This document shows positions 48,359 to 58,570 of a DNA stretch of 64,000 nucleotides, in pieces (positions within the stretch are counted from its first letter, which is position 1; each line of letters opens with the position of its first letter). The stretch comes from an uncultured Gammaproteobacteria bacterium (lineage in GTDB: Bacteria > Patescibacteriota > Microgenomatia > Levybacterales > UBA12049): contig CAYQEJ010000006.1 in NCBI GenBank assembly GCA_964416505.1, forward strand, positions 13,827 through 77,826. Direction: 5' to 3'. The notes below the pieces were generated by a model. It had not been told where the DNA came from. It searched no databases and saw only the letters and a program-made list of their open reading frames with translations. A program made the position numbers and the translations under genes.

Positions 48359-50275
48359 TTAATTTACTACTTCGCCTTCAACTGGTTCTTCTGAAGTTTT
48401 TGATCCTTCTGTCTTTGCATCTTCCGAGCTATCTTTTGCCTGCTCATCTGTCTGACCTTCTGCCTGATTATTTCCCCCTGGTTGATTCTGATACATCTGT
48501 TGACCAACTTTTTGAAGTGAATCAGATAATTCTTTTGTTTTTGCTTCAAGATCTTCTTTTGATCCAGTTGGTAAAATTTCTTTAAGGGCTTTTATTTTTT
48601 CCTCAACCTCTGACTTTAATTCAGCTGGAACTTTATCCCCACCGTCAGCTAATGATTTTTCAGCAGTAAAAATGAGTGAATCAGCTTGATTTCGTGCTTC
48701 CACCATCGCCTTTGCTTCTTCATCTTCTTTTGCATGAGCTTCAGCATCTTTTGTCATTTTATCGATTTCCTCATCAGTAAGTCCTGTTGAGCCAGTAATT
48801 TTAATGCTTTGCTCTTTTCCGCTAGCTTTATCTTGTGCTTTTACACTAAGTATTCCTGAAGCATCAATATCAAAACTTACCTCTACCTGAGGAACACCGC
48901 GTGGCGCAGGCGGAATACCATCCAAAATAAATCTTCCAAGCGATTTATTATCTTGTGCCATTGCTCGCTCTCCCTGCAATACATTAATTTCTACCTGAGT
49001 TTGATTATCCGCAGCTGTAGAGAAAACTTGAGATTTGGAGGTAGGAATTGTTGTATTTTTTGAAATAAGAGGAGTTGAAACTCCACCCAAAGTCTCTATT
49101 CCAAGAGTAAGTGGCGTTACGTCCAAAAGTAACACATCTTTAACTTCTCCGCCAAGAACTCCTGCTTGTACTGCTGCTCCAACAGCAACCACTTCATCTG
49201 GATTTACGCTCTTATTTGCTTCTTTTCCAAAGAACTTAGCTACAGTTTCAACAATTTTCGGCATTCTAGTCATTCCTCCCACCAGAACTACCTCGTCGAT
49301 TTCATTTACCTTTACTTTTGCATCTTTAAGAGCCTGCTCAACTGGCTTAAGTGTTTTCTGAACTAACTCATCAACTATTTGCTCAAGTTTTGCTCGAGAC
49401 AAAGTCATTGTTAAGTGCAAAGGACCACTTTCGCCCTGAGTAATAAAAGGCTGATTAATTTGAGCTTCTGTAGACGAAGAAAGCTCAATTTTAGCCTTTT
49501 CTGCAGATTCCCTAAGTCTTTGAAGAGCTTGTGGATCTTTCTTTAGATCTACTCCATTTTCTTTCTTAAACTCTTCAGCTAAATAATCAATTATCGCCTG
49601 ATCAAAATCATCTCCTCCAAGATGAGTATCTCCATTTGTAGATTTAACCTCATATACTCCTTCTCCAAGTTCGAGAATAGAGATATCAAATGTTCCTCCA
49701 CCGAGATCATAAACAGCAATCGTATGAGCATTTTTCTTATCTAATCCATAAGCAAGCGCTGCTGCTGTAGGCTCATTTATTATCCTTAATACCTCAAGGC
49801 CAGCAATTTCTCCAGCTTGTTTTGTAGCTTGGCGCTGCGAATCATCGAAATATGCAGGAACAGTTATGACAGCCTGGGTTACTTTATCTCCCAAGTATGC
49901 CTCTGCATCAGATTTAATTTTTTGAAGAATCATAGCTGAAACTTCTTGAGGAGTAAGTGTTTTACCTTCTACTTCTACGACAGCCATTCCTTCACGGCCT
50001 TCTTTTATTGTGTATGGAAGCCATCTAGAATCAAATTGAACTGATTCATCTTTATATTTCTTACCCATCAATCTTTTTATTGAAAAGATTGTGCTTTTTG
50101 GCTTAAGAACAAGCTGTCTCTTTGCAACATCTCCCACCACATGACTTATAGGGTCCACTACTGATGGGATAGTGTTTCTACCTTCACTTGAGTGGATAAC
50201 TTTTGGTGCTCCACCTTCCATTACGGCTACGCATGAGTTTGTTGTTCCTAAATCAATTCCTATTATTTTTGCCAT
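48359..50275 (-). CDS. dnaK: chaperone DnaK
   Basis: [25 protein letters not shown]. Confidence 0.99.
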   Translation of the reverse strand: MAKIIGIDLGTTNSCVAVMEGGAPKVIHSSEGRNTIPSVVDPISHVVGDVAKRQLVLKPKSTIFSIKRLMGKKYKDESVQFDSRWLPYTIKEGREGMAVVEVEGKTLTPQEVSAMILQKIKSDAEAYLGDKVTQAVITVPAYFDDSQRQATKQAGEIAGLEVLRIINEPTAAALAYGLDKKNAHTIAVYDLGGGTFDISILELGEGVYEVKSTNGDTHLGGDDFDQAIIDYLAEEFKKENGVDLKKDPQALQRLRESAEKAKIELSSSTEAQINQPFITQGESGPLHLTMTLSRAKLEQIVDELVQKTLKPVEQALKDAKVKVNEIDEVVLVGGMTRMPKIVETVAKFFGKEANKSVNPDEVVAVGAAVQAGVLGGEVKDVLLLDVTPLTLGIETLGGVSTPLISKNTTIPTSKSQVFSTAADNQTQVEINVLQGERAMAQDNKSLGRFILDGIPPAPRGVPQVEVSFDIDASGILSVKAQDKASGKEQSIKITGSTGLTDEEIDKMTKDAEAHAKEDEEAKAMVEARNQADSLIFTAEKSLADGGDKVPAELKSEVEEKIKALKEILPTGSKEDLEAKTKELSDSLQKVGQQMYQNQPGGNNQAEGQTDEQAKDSSEDAKTEGSKTSEEPVEGEVVN

Positions 50276-50276
50276 A

Positions 50277-50753
50277 TTAGTTTTTTTGTCCTCCTACTAT
50301 TACTTGTGCTGGACGCAGTGTTTCATTATTTATTATAAAACCTGGCCTAACTTCTTCAAGTACTTTTCCATTCTCCCCTTCTTGCACCGAAACACATTCC
50401 ATAGTCTGAGGATCAAAATCCCTGCCCGTGGATTCAATCCTACTAACCCCTTCTTCAGAGAGAACGTCTAAAAATTTCTGTATAGAAAGATTTAATCCGT
50501 CGTCTTGAATATGTTTCTGCGCAAGAAAAAGATTATCTAAAACAGCTAAAAGTTTCAAGATGAGACTTTTATTTGCTGTTTTTATCCAAATTGCTTTCTC
50601 AGCTGATATCCTTCTTTCTAGATTCTGATAATCAGCAAGCGCTCTTTTTAATTGATTTTCAAGGTTCGTAAGCTCGTTATTTTCTGTTATCTGTTCTTCC
50701 TCATCTACAACTTCTTCATTTATATCTTTTTTCAATTCACTTTTTTTCTTCAT
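50277..50753 (-). CDS. grpE: nucleotide exchange factor GrpE
   Basis: [23 protein letters not shown]; likely start 50753. Confidence 0.95.
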   Translation of the reverse strand: MKKKSELKKDINEEVVDEEEQITENNELTNLENQLKRALADYQNLERRISAEKAIWIKTANKSLILKLLAVLDNLFLAQKHIQDDGLNLSIQKFLDVLSEEGVSRIESTGRDFDPQTMECVSVQEGENGKVLEEVRPGFIINNETLRPAQVIVGGQKN

Positions 50754-50755
50754 CT

Positions 50756-51487
50756 TTACCAACCTCTTGCTACTTCTTCAATCAAATTTCCAAAATATCT
50801 CACTGTCGGAACTACATATGTGTAATTTAATCTAGTTGGACCTATTACTCCAATTTCTCCTCCGGTATTTTGTGGAGTCATGTATCTTTTAAATACAAAT
50901 CCGTACGGACCGGAAAGACGTGGCCCCAATTCTTCACCCATTAAAACCTGTATTTCCTCATCTCTTCCAACTGCTTCAAAAATTGGCCTGAAGCATTCAA
51001 ATTCATCAATTGCGCTAAGCAGAGTTTTCGTTATGTCTATATCAAAAAACTCTGGCATCTCAAGCAAATTTGCATATCCGGAGATGAAATATTCCCCAGA
51101 ATCAGTTGCTGCGATCGCAATTGCTCCTGTTTTGCTTGCAAGCGCACGAGTAACTTCTTTGAGAAATTCATGCTCCTTGTCTCTTATATCCCAAACCTTT
51201 TCTTTCATTGAGACTTCTTCTGCAACCGAAAGCTCTTTCTCCTTCATAAGCTGCTTAACGTAAAATTTCATTGCAGCTGGAGTTGGAACACGTCCGGAAG
51301 AAATGTGAGTTTTTTTAAGATAACCGTAGTTAGTTAACCTCACCATTTCATTTCGAATAGTTGCAGGCGAAGCTGAGAGAGAATGTTTTTTCTCAAGAGT
51401 CTCAGAGCCTACAGGTTCTGCTGTTTCAATGTACTCTTCGATCAAAGACTTAAGAATCTCGATCTGACGTTGTGTTAGATCGTGCAT
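50756..51487 (-). CDS. hrcA: heat-inducible repressor HrcA, short form
   Basis: YIETAEPVGS, SPATIRNEM, SSGRVPT, GVIGPTRLNY. Confidence 0.96.
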   Translation of the reverse strand: MHDLTQRQIEILKSLIEEYIETAEPVGSETLEKKHSLSASPATIRNEMVRLTNYGYLKKTHISSGRVPTPAAMKFYVKQLMKEKELSVAEEVSMKEKVWDIRDKEHEFLKEVTRALASKTGAIAIAATDSGEYFISGYANLLEMPEFFDIDITKTLLSAIDEFECFRPIFEAVGRDEEIQVLMGEELGPRLSGPYGFVFKRYMTPQNTGGEIGVIGPTRLNYTYVVPTVRYFGNLIEEVARGW

Positions 51488-51528
51488 ATTTCTAGAAATA
51501 TTTAATCCTAAATGGCCAGTTTTTAGGG

Positions 51529-51555
51529 TTAGCAGTAATATAGCATGTCTGCTAA
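51529..51555. promoter_or_regulatory. CIRCE operator (variant)
   Basis: Minus strand TTAGCAGAC-N9-TACTGCTAA versus consensus TTAGCACTC-N9-GAGTGCTAA; directly upstream of hrcA. Confidence 0.88.
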
Positions 51556-51565
51556 TTCATGTCAA
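51537..51565 (-). promoter_or_regulatory. sigma70 promoter of hrcA-grpE-dnaK, overlapping CIRCE
   Basis: TTGACA (51565-51560), 17 nt spacer, TATATT (51542-51537), with TG extension. Confidence 0.8.
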
Positions 51566-51573
51566 GAGGGTTG

Positions 51574-52530
51574 TTATTTTGACCTCGACTGAAGAAATTC
51601 TAGAAGACCTTCGTGAAGGTGTTTCTTACCTTTCCAAACAACAATATTATATCCTTCCATAAATTCTGAGGGATCTTCCTCTCTAAAATCAATTGACCGA
51701 ACACTCGGAGAAACAGCTTCACTCATATGCCTGTCTGTTCCACCTCTAACTGAAAATTTATCACCCCAGATTTCAATATTTTCTGGGTTTAGGATATCTT
51801 CTCTAGTAAGCCCTATACTTTGAATAACTGATTCATCTTCTAATGCTCTTTTGACAGCAGTTGTCTTAGACACGTCCCTAAGTGCAAAATCTACTGCGAA
51901 TACACCACCCAGTCTGGGAGAAATTGGTATATCGGAATCTCTAAATAATTTTTCTGCATATTCTAAAATCGGAATACGTAAATCATTATTTTGAAAACCT
52001 AGTTCGTTCATTTGCTCTGGAGTTAAATCATAACCATTTACGATCTCAAGCGTAATTTGCGGACCTCGGTCTTCAAACATTACCGATCTTGGGTCGTTAC
52101 CTGCTAAATCTAAGAATTTCTTAACTGGCATAGGATCAAAGATTTTTAAATTAAACTCGCTGATAATTTGCTTTACTAATTCCCTCCAGGTTTTCTTTTG
52201 ATCTTCTGATAAATCGTAAACGCTATAAAATGGTTTTTCTTTAAGCATTCCATCAGAATTATGACCCCACACTTCTGCTCCACTGCAATGCCCTACTAAT
52301 ATTTTTGCTCTTAACTCCTGAGGAATTTGATCTACTATTCTCCATTGAACGCTTTTAAGGCCTTGACCCGTCACGAAAAATATTGATTTTCCTTCTCCCA
52401 ATAAATCTTTAAGCTCTCCGATCATTTCAGGTTCTGCTGGTTTATACAAATCAGCAATGGTTTCATCGACATCTGAAATTATTAATTTAATTTTTTTATT
52501 CCATTCAATTTTCAAAGACTTATCACTCAC
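51574..52530 (-). CDS. HAD-superfamily (IIB-like) hydrolase
   Basis: ISDVDETI, FVTG, VSKT, WGDKF...GTD; GTG start. Confidence 0.82.
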   Translation of the reverse strand: MSDKSLKIEWNKKIKLIISDVDETIADLYKPAEPEMIGELKDLLGEGKSIFFVTGQGLKSVQWRIVDQIPQELRAKILVGHCSGAEVWGHNSDGMLKEKPFYSVYDLSEDQKKTWRELVKQIISEFNLKIFDPMPVKKFLDLAGNDPRSVMFEDRGPQITLEIVNGYDLTPEQMNELGFQNNDLRIPILEYAEKLFRDSDIPISPRLGGVFAVDFALRDVSKTTAVKRALEDESVIQSIGLTREDILNPENIEIWGDKFSVRGGTDRHMSEAVSPSVRSIDFREEDPSEFMEGYNIVVWKGKKHLHEGLLEFLQSRSK

Positions 52531-52621
52531 AAGGCAATTATAACAAAACTACGATTTACTAAAATTTGCAAAGAAAACTAGGAGAAAATGCACCCAATAG
52601 TTGGAAAATCAAAAAATATAC

Positions 52622-53386
52622 TTATTTGTTAATTTTAATTTTTTCAAAAAGCCAGATTCTATGCTGTCCAAAATATGTTGTTGAAGTATTCAGAAATTTC
52701 AATCCATCTTCCTTACCCCATTTTATTATTTGATTTTTTGAATGAAATTTCGCAATTGGCGTAAAAAACTGGTCTGCGATAAGCTGTATCGTCTCTTCTC
52801 TAGTTCTTTTTTCACCATAATAAAACTCAGTGAATTTTTTTACGGATCCAGTTAACAACTTAGACACCTCATCTGGCTTTTTATTTCTAAATAGTTTCTT
52901 TGCAATCTTATAAACAAAAGGGTAGAAATGATATTTCGTATAGAGAAGTACAAGTAATTTTCCTCCTGGCTTCGTTATTCTTGCACATTCCTTAAAACCT
53001 TTACGAGTGTCTGGAGTATGGTGCAACACTCCTATGCAAACCACGATATCAAAATAATTGTCCGGAAAATCGATTTCCAATGCATCACCAAGTTTGACTT
53101 TTATTTCTGGATAATGTTTTTTGACATAGTCAATCGAAGTCTTACTTATGTCAATTGCATATACATCAGCGCCGGCTTCGCTTAAAATTTTGCTTATAGT
53201 ACCTTGACCACAGCCAACATCCAGAATCTTTTTTCCTTTTAATTTGCTGAAATCCAAGTGCTTTGACAAATGACTCTTTAAGTAAACTTTTCTTTTTTCA
53301 GAACCGTCCGGATAGTTATATCTATTGTAAAAATCTTTTACTTTAGATGATGAATTATTTTCCTTTTTTAACAAAACCACAGACAC
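52622..53386 (-). CDS. class I SAM-dependent methyltransferase
   Basis: ILDVGCGQG, FDIVVCIGVLHH, KPGG. Confidence 0.92.
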   Translation of the reverse strand: MSVVLLKKENNSSSKVKDFYNRYNYPDGSEKRKVYLKSHLSKHLDFSKLKGKKILDVGCGQGTISKILSEAGADVYAIDISKTSIDYVKKHYPEIKVKLGDALEIDFPDNYFDIVVCIGVLHHTPDTRKGFKECARITKPGGKLLVLLYTKYHFYPFVYKIAKKLFRNKKPDEVSKLLTGSVKKFTEFYYGEKRTREETIQLIADQFFTPIAKFHSKNQIIKWGKEDGLKFLNTSTTYFGQHRIWLFEKIKINK

Positions 53387-53435
53387 ATAATCTCAGATGC
53401 ACAGACTAAAATCAATTTCTTGCTATACTAAACTT

Positions 53436-53801
53436 ATGGAGAAAACTAGAAGAAAAATTAAACCAATCGCCAGGAAAAGACATAACTATGTTTATTTGTT
53501 AATTTCAATTTTACTTCTCATAATTCTTTCTTATCTTTTTGTAAATTTTTCACCTTTTCATAAATTTCAGATTTTCAATTTTTCACTTCCTATTCTTCCA
53601 ATTTTCTTTTTTCTTTTAGGAATTTTTATTTACTGCCTTTCTACTTTTATATTTATAGGGAAACAGCACGGAGTAATAATATGCATTTTTACATTAACTT
53701 ATATCCTTATGCGCTTAATAGGCTTGACCCATTGGATTTTTTTAATCCTAATTTTAGGACTATTAGTTACTACCGAACTTTTTATAATCAAGAAAAAATA
53801 A
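53436..53801 (+). CDS. 4-TM membrane protein
   Basis: Hydrophobic; start reassigned to ATG 53436, which has TGCTATACT 6 nt upstream. Confidence 0.75.
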   Translation: MEKTRRKIKPIARKRHNYVYLLISILLLIILSYLFVNFSPFHKFQIFNFSLPILPIFFFLLGIFIYCLSTFIFIGKQHGVIICIFTLTYILMRLIGLTHWIFLILILGLLVTTELFIIKKK

Positions 53802-53835
53802 CCCCAACCAAGCTCACTTCTGCTATAATCCAACC

Positions 53836-55251
53836 ATGAATAAATTTTATATTACAACTGCAATTCCTTATGTAAATGGACGACCACACATAGGTCACGC
53901 TCTTGAATATTTTCAAGCGGATACCATAAGAAATTATCATAAACTCTTAGGAGAGAGCACTCTTCTTCTATCAGGAGCTGATGAAAACGCACTTAAAAAT
54001 GTTCAGACCGCAGAAAAAGAAGGAATTTCTACCCAGGAATTATTGGATAGAAATTCAAAAGTTTTTGAAGAATCATATGCAAAACTCGGTGTAAAATTGG
54101 ATGTTTTTGAAAGAGGATCTGATTCTTATCATCATTTTCCGGGTGTTCAAAAATTATGGGAATTATGCGAAAAAAATGGTGATATTTATAAAAAATCTTA
54201 TACTGGTCTTTACTGCGTAGGGTGTGAGAGCTTTAAAACTGAAAAGGAATTAGTAGATGGAGAATGCCCAGAACATCTAAAAGAACCTGAAAAAATTACA
54301 GAAGAAAATTATTTCTTTAAACTCTCAAATTATCAAGATAAATTATTAGATCTAATTGAAAATGGCGAACTTCAAATAATTCCAGAAAGTAAAAAAAATG
54401 AAATAATCAGTTTTATAAAACAAGGGCTTGAAGATTTCAGCATCTCAAGAAGCCGCGAACGTGCAAAGGGGGTTGGAGTTCCAGTTCCTGGAGATGACTC
54501 ACAAGTAATGTACGTTTGGTTTGATGCTTTAGCAATTTATATAACCGGAATTGGATACGGAGTTGAAGAAGATAAATTTAATAAATGGTGGCCAGCAGAT
54601 ATGCATGTAATTGGAAAAGATATAAACAGATTTCATACTATTTATTGGCCAGCAATGCTTTTATCAGCTGGACTCTCTACTCCTAAAATAGTTCTTGTCC
54701 ATGGATTTGTGCAAAGCGGAGGACAGAAAATGTCCAAGTCGCTTGGAAATGTAATCGATCCTTTTGAAATTTCAGAAAAATATGGACTCGAGGCTTTTCG
54801 CTATTACATGCTTTCTCAAATTCCTACAACTGACGACGGAGATTTCACCATCGAAAGGTTTAAAGAAGTTTACAATGCAGATCTCGCAAACGGACTTGGA
54901 AACTTAGTTGCGCGCGTTGCTCGCCTTTGTGAAAAAGTAGAATTAGATAAATTACCAGAGATAAATTTAAACGAAGATTATAAAAATAAATTCGAAGAAT
55001 TCAGATTTCATGAATTTTTAGGAAATGTTTGGGGAAGAATTTCTGAAATTGATCAAGAAATTGAAAAAGAACAACCATGGAAAGTTGAAGATTTAGCAAA
55101 GCTTAAAGACTTGCTTCAAAACTGGGTTGAGAGAATTAACCAAATCGCTTTTGAGATTAAACCATTTTTACCAGAAACTTCAGGAAAGATTCAAAATATA
55201 TTTAACGAATCAAAAGTAAAATCTGTAAATCCTCTATTCCCAAGAATTTAG
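53836..55251 (+). CDS. metG: methionine--tRNA ligase
   Basis: YITTAIPYVNGRPHIGH, YVWFDAL, KMSKS; TGCTATAAT 6 nt upstream. Confidence 0.97.
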   Translation: MNKFYITTAIPYVNGRPHIGHALEYFQADTIRNYHKLLGESTLLLSGADENALKNVQTAEKEGISTQELLDRNSKVFEESYAKLGVKLDVFERGSDSYHHFPGVQKLWELCEKNGDIYKKSYTGLYCVGCESFKTEKELVDGECPEHLKEPEKITEENYFFKLSNYQDKLLDLIENGELQIIPESKKNEIISFIKQGLEDFSISRSRERAKGVGVPVPGDDSQVMYVWFDALAIYITGIGYGVEEDKFNKWWPADMHVIGKDINRFHTIYWPAMLLSAGLSTPKIVLVHGFVQSGGQKMSKSLGNVIDPFEISEKYGLEAFRYYMLSQIPTTDDGDFTIERFKEVYNADLANGLGNLVARVARLCEKVELDKLPEINLNEDYKNKFEEFRFHEFLGNVWGRISEIDQEIEKEQPWKVEDLAKLKDLLQNWVERINQIAFEIKPFLPETSGKIQNIFNESKVKSVNPLFPRI

Positions 55252-55252
55252 C

Positions 55253-56314
55253 CTAAGATTCTTTATCTTCCTTCATCTGCTGAGCTCTTAAATAAAAAGT
55301 GACTAATTGTGCGCTTCTCTTTGCTCCCACTTTTTTTCTAATTTCAGTCAACTTAGCATCATATTCATCCGCTGAAAGATCTAATTTAGTAGCTATATCT
55401 CCTTCCTGAGAATGATAAGTTAAACCATCAACTATTCGCCTTTCTACTTCATCTAAAGAATCAAAAACTTTTGGATCAAAATCATTAGGCACAACGCTTG
55501 CTAAATCTATTATTCCTTTTTCAGAAGCAGCACCAATAGCTGCAAGACTACTCTTAGGTTTTCCCAACCTTATACTCAAACCTCTTAGCTCACGCCTGAC
55601 ATCATGTCTTTTAGCTAAACCTAATTTTCTTTGAATATCCTCCTCCTTTTCTCCTCTGACATATAAATCCAAAACTTGTTGCTGAAGAGGAGTTAATACA
55701 CCTTCAGCTACTTCAAAATTAGACTCTCCACTTCTGACAGGTTTAAATATATTAATTTCTGGTTTTTGAATTCCACTTGATCTGGCTTCTTCTTTTCTTG
55801 CATTAGTTGCACCAAGACCAAAAACAAATATTTGAAAATTATTTCCAGCACCTATATTTCTCCTAATTGCGCCTACTCTTTTCTCAATATCTGCAGCTGG
55901 AATTCTCAATGCAAATGCTATTTCCGGATAATCAGCTCCCATAAGAAGAGAGCTAATTATTTTTCTATCCTGGGGATCAGAAATTCTTGCAAAAATATCT
56001 GGATTAAATCTTTCAGGAAGCACAGAATCAAGAGTTAAGGAACCTCGAGCCAAAAGTTTTTCCAAAGCAGCCCTATTACTACCAACTCCAAGATTTGCTC
56101 GCATTAATCCCAGTCTATTTTTTACATCCATAGCTCTTATTCCCATAACCTCCCCTATTCTTTCATAATCATAACCAGAAGAAAGAAGAACTAATGGCTC
56201 ATATAACGATCCTGAAGCACCCTCTTTTCTTGCAGACATAGGTACGGAAGGACCTTCCTGATTGATAATTTTAATTGGAGTTATACTTGGAAATTCTACC
56301 CGAGGCTCAGCCAT
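55253..56314 (-). CDS. protein with four tandem LuxR-like HTH units
   Basis: Four units such as G.DY.EIA..L...DIEKRVGAIRRNIGA; visible two-fold internal duplication. Confidence 0.7.
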   Translation of the reverse strand: MAEPRVEFPSITPIKIINQEGPSVPMSARKEGASGSLYEPLVLLSSGYDYERIGEVMGIRAMDVKNRLGLMRANLGVGSNRAALEKLLARGSLTLDSVLPERFNPDIFARISDPQDRKIISSLLMGADYPEIAFALRIPAADIEKRVGAIRRNIGAGNNFQIFVFGLGATNARKEEARSSGIQKPEINIFKPVRSGESNFEVAEGVLTPLQQQVLDLYVRGEKEEDIQRKLGLAKRHDVRRELRGLSIRLGKPKSSLAAIGAASEKGIIDLASVVPNDFDPKVFDSLDEVERRIVDGLTYHSQEGDIATKLDLSADEYDAKLTEIRKKVGAKRSAQLVTFYLRAQQMKEDKES

Positions 56315-56349
56315 ATTATTATTCTATTTGAAATAAACTTATCTAACAA

Positions 56350-57798
56350 CTAGAATGGCTTTTTTCTTACATGATAGATTTTCGCTGTACCAAACTCTTT
56401 ATATTTTTCAATGGTTCCATCTTTTTCCATATTATTTAGGCCTGAAATAAAATCTTCACGATTCGCCAAAAGATTTATAATGTTCCATTCCGGAGAAGTA
56501 TCAACAATTAAATACTTTGGATCTCCTGCCCACTTAAACCATTTACAATTTTTTTCACTGCATGGGGAATTTTTAGAAAAATCTTTTCCATCTCCCCACA
56601 TAGTTACTATCAACCCTCTATTTGAAACATGCGGAGAAATATTTACCTGAGTAACTATATATGCATCCTTGGGAATAGCATTAATTGCCATTTTTATATT
56701 CTCAACTCCAGACGGTTTTGTCCAAAACCATGATTTAGATAAATAAGTCAAAGGAGCATGCAAAACATAAGTTGTAAAACATGCAAAAAACAATATGTAA
56801 ATACTTAAATATTTATTATTTAGTTTTTTAAATTTCCCAATCACCAAAATTAATGGCCAAACTAAAAGAATAGAATCAGTTACTCGATAGTGAAGAAAAA
56901 TGCTTTGAGCAGATGTGACCGTATTATTTCCTAAAATAAAATAATGCGCCAAGTCTCCAAGATATGGAATTAGAAATAAAGGATTTAACAGGGGCAAAAA
57001 ACCAAAAGAGTTCAAAGTATAAAAAATAACTTGCCTTTTCTCTGGAGTATTAAAAAAATTAAATAAATTAATATCTGATAAAAGTCCATTTTCGTTTGCA
57101 AATCTATAGCCACCTACAAAATGCGGAAAATAAATAAAGAAAATTCCAGATAAATAAATAACAGAAACAACCATAAGCAAAAAATTTATTTTCCGTTTAT
57201 TAAAAATTAGATAGACAAATGAAATTAGAAAAGTTAAAAGGGCAATATCTTCTTTAGAGGTTATTGCAAAAAAGAAAAATAAAATTGTTAGCCATTTGTT
57301 ATTTTTATCTAAAAAGTAAATAAAAAATGTTAAAAAACTTGCTCCAAAAACCAAACTGTGAACATCCGACCACAATGCATTTTGAACCCCAAAAAAAGTA
57401 AAGTAAGAAAAAAGAAGCGAAAGAGAAAGAAATTTGTTAATTTTATATTTCCTTGCCAATAAGTAAACAGGGATTCCGGAAAATGAAAATAAAATAGATT
57501 GCAATAAAATTAATGTTTCAGAATTGGGATGAATCCAATAAAAAGGAGAAAGAATTAAAAGAATAAACTCAATATGATCCCAAAAGACAGGAGTAAATGC
57601 ATAAGCATGAACCGTAGAATTCGGAAATGCAAAATGACTATACTGCCAAACTGATTGATTAATTACAGCTAAATCATAACCTGATAAAAAATGAAAATGT
57701 TTTACAAGACCTAATACTAAATATGCAATAAAAAAAATAAAACAAATTAAAATGGCAAAATAATTTTCTTTTATAAAATTAGCTAAAAAACTTCTCAT
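56350..57798 (-). CDS. DUF2079-family (GT-C-like) membrane protein
   Basis: YDLAVINQSVW, DHIEFIL, DVH, KED, HY. Confidence 0.85.
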   Translation of the reverse strand: MRSFLANFIKENYFAILICFIFFIAYLVLGLVKHFHFLSGYDLAVINQSVWQYSHFAFPNSTVHAYAFTPVFWDHIEFILLILSPFYWIHPNSETLILLQSILFSFSGIPVYLLARKYKINKFLSLSLLFSYFTFFGVQNALWSDVHSLVFGASFLTFFIYFLDKNNKWLTILFFFFAITSKEDIALLTFLISFVYLIFNKRKINFLLMVVSVIYLSGIFFIYFPHFVGGYRFANENGLLSDINLFNFFNTPEKRQVIFYTLNSFGFLPLLNPLFLIPYLGDLAHYFILGNNTVTSAQSIFLHYRVTDSILLVWPLILVIGKFKKLNNKYLSIYILFFACFTTYVLHAPLTYLSKSWFWTKPSGVENIKMAINAIPKDAYIVTQVNISPHVSNRGLIVTMWGDGKDFSKNSPCSEKNCKWFKWAGDPKYLIVDTSPEWNIINLLANREDFISGLNNMEKDGTIEKYKEFGTAKIYHVRKKPF

Positions 57799-57847
57799 CT
57801 CAATCTAAATGATTGCATTTTTGTAACAATTTTACTACTGTTAGCTT

Positions 57848-58363
57848 ATGGCCTCATTCATTTTTATTATCATAAGCTCTCTTGTTGTTTATCTATTTAT
57901 TATTACTGCAATTAGAGTTTTTGGAAAAAGAGAAATATCTCAATTATCAGTTATTGATTTGGTATTTATACTTCTTATAAGTAATGCTGTGCAAAACGCA
58001 ATGGTCGGGGGAAATACAGATTTACTAATTGGCGGACTAATTGCTGCTGCAACACTTTTTATTTCCAATTATTTTTTGGGAGAAATTTTCTACAGATCAA
58101 AAGCGATAAGCAAACTAATTCAGGGTGAACCACTCATGCTTATATATGAAGGGAAACCAATACTTGATCATTTAAAAAAAGCAAAAATTTCCAATGACGA
58201 ACTTGAAGCTGCAATAAGAGAACACGGAGTTGCCAATATTTCCGAAGTGGACTTGGCAGTACTCGAACGAGATGGAAATATAAGCGTATTATCAAATAAT
58301 TACAAAAATAAAACGACTAAAAAAAGAAAGGGAAATAAGATTTTTTCTAGAGAAATAATGTAA
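57848..58363 (+). CDS. DUF421 (YetF-like) membrane protein
   Basis: GKREISQLSVIDLV, GEPLMLI, AVLERDGNISV. Confidence 0.92.
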   Translation: MASFIFIIISSLVVYLFIITAIRVFGKREISQLSVIDLVFILLISNAVQNAMVGGNTDLLIGGLIAAATLFISNYFLGEIFYRSKAISKLIQGEPLMLIYEGKPILDHLKKAKISNDELEAAIREHGVANISEVDLAVLERDGNISVLSNNYKNKTTKKRKGNKIFSREIM

Positions 58364-58528
58364 TTAAGGGGTTGCTACTCCAAGAACCGCTTGACCGAAA
58401 GAAGAATAAAGAAGAAATGCTCCGATTAAGACTCCTACCATACCAGCAAGCATAGTAAATAAAACTACTCCCATCGCATTTTGATCTGTATAAAGCTTAA
58501 AGTGTCTGTATTGCTTCTTCTTTGCCAT
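58364..58528 (-). CDS. 54-aa single-TM protein absent from the ORF track
   Basis: MAKKKQYRHFKLYTDQNAMGVVLFTMLAGMVGVLIGAFLLYSSFGQAVLGVATP; fills the gap. Confidence 0.7.
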   Translation of the reverse strand: MAKKKQYRHFKLYTDQNAMGVVLFTMLAGMVGVLIGAFLLYSSFGQAVLGVATP

Positions 58529-58570
58529 AATTTAATTAAGAACCAATTCAAAATCTTTGTCAAGAGGATT

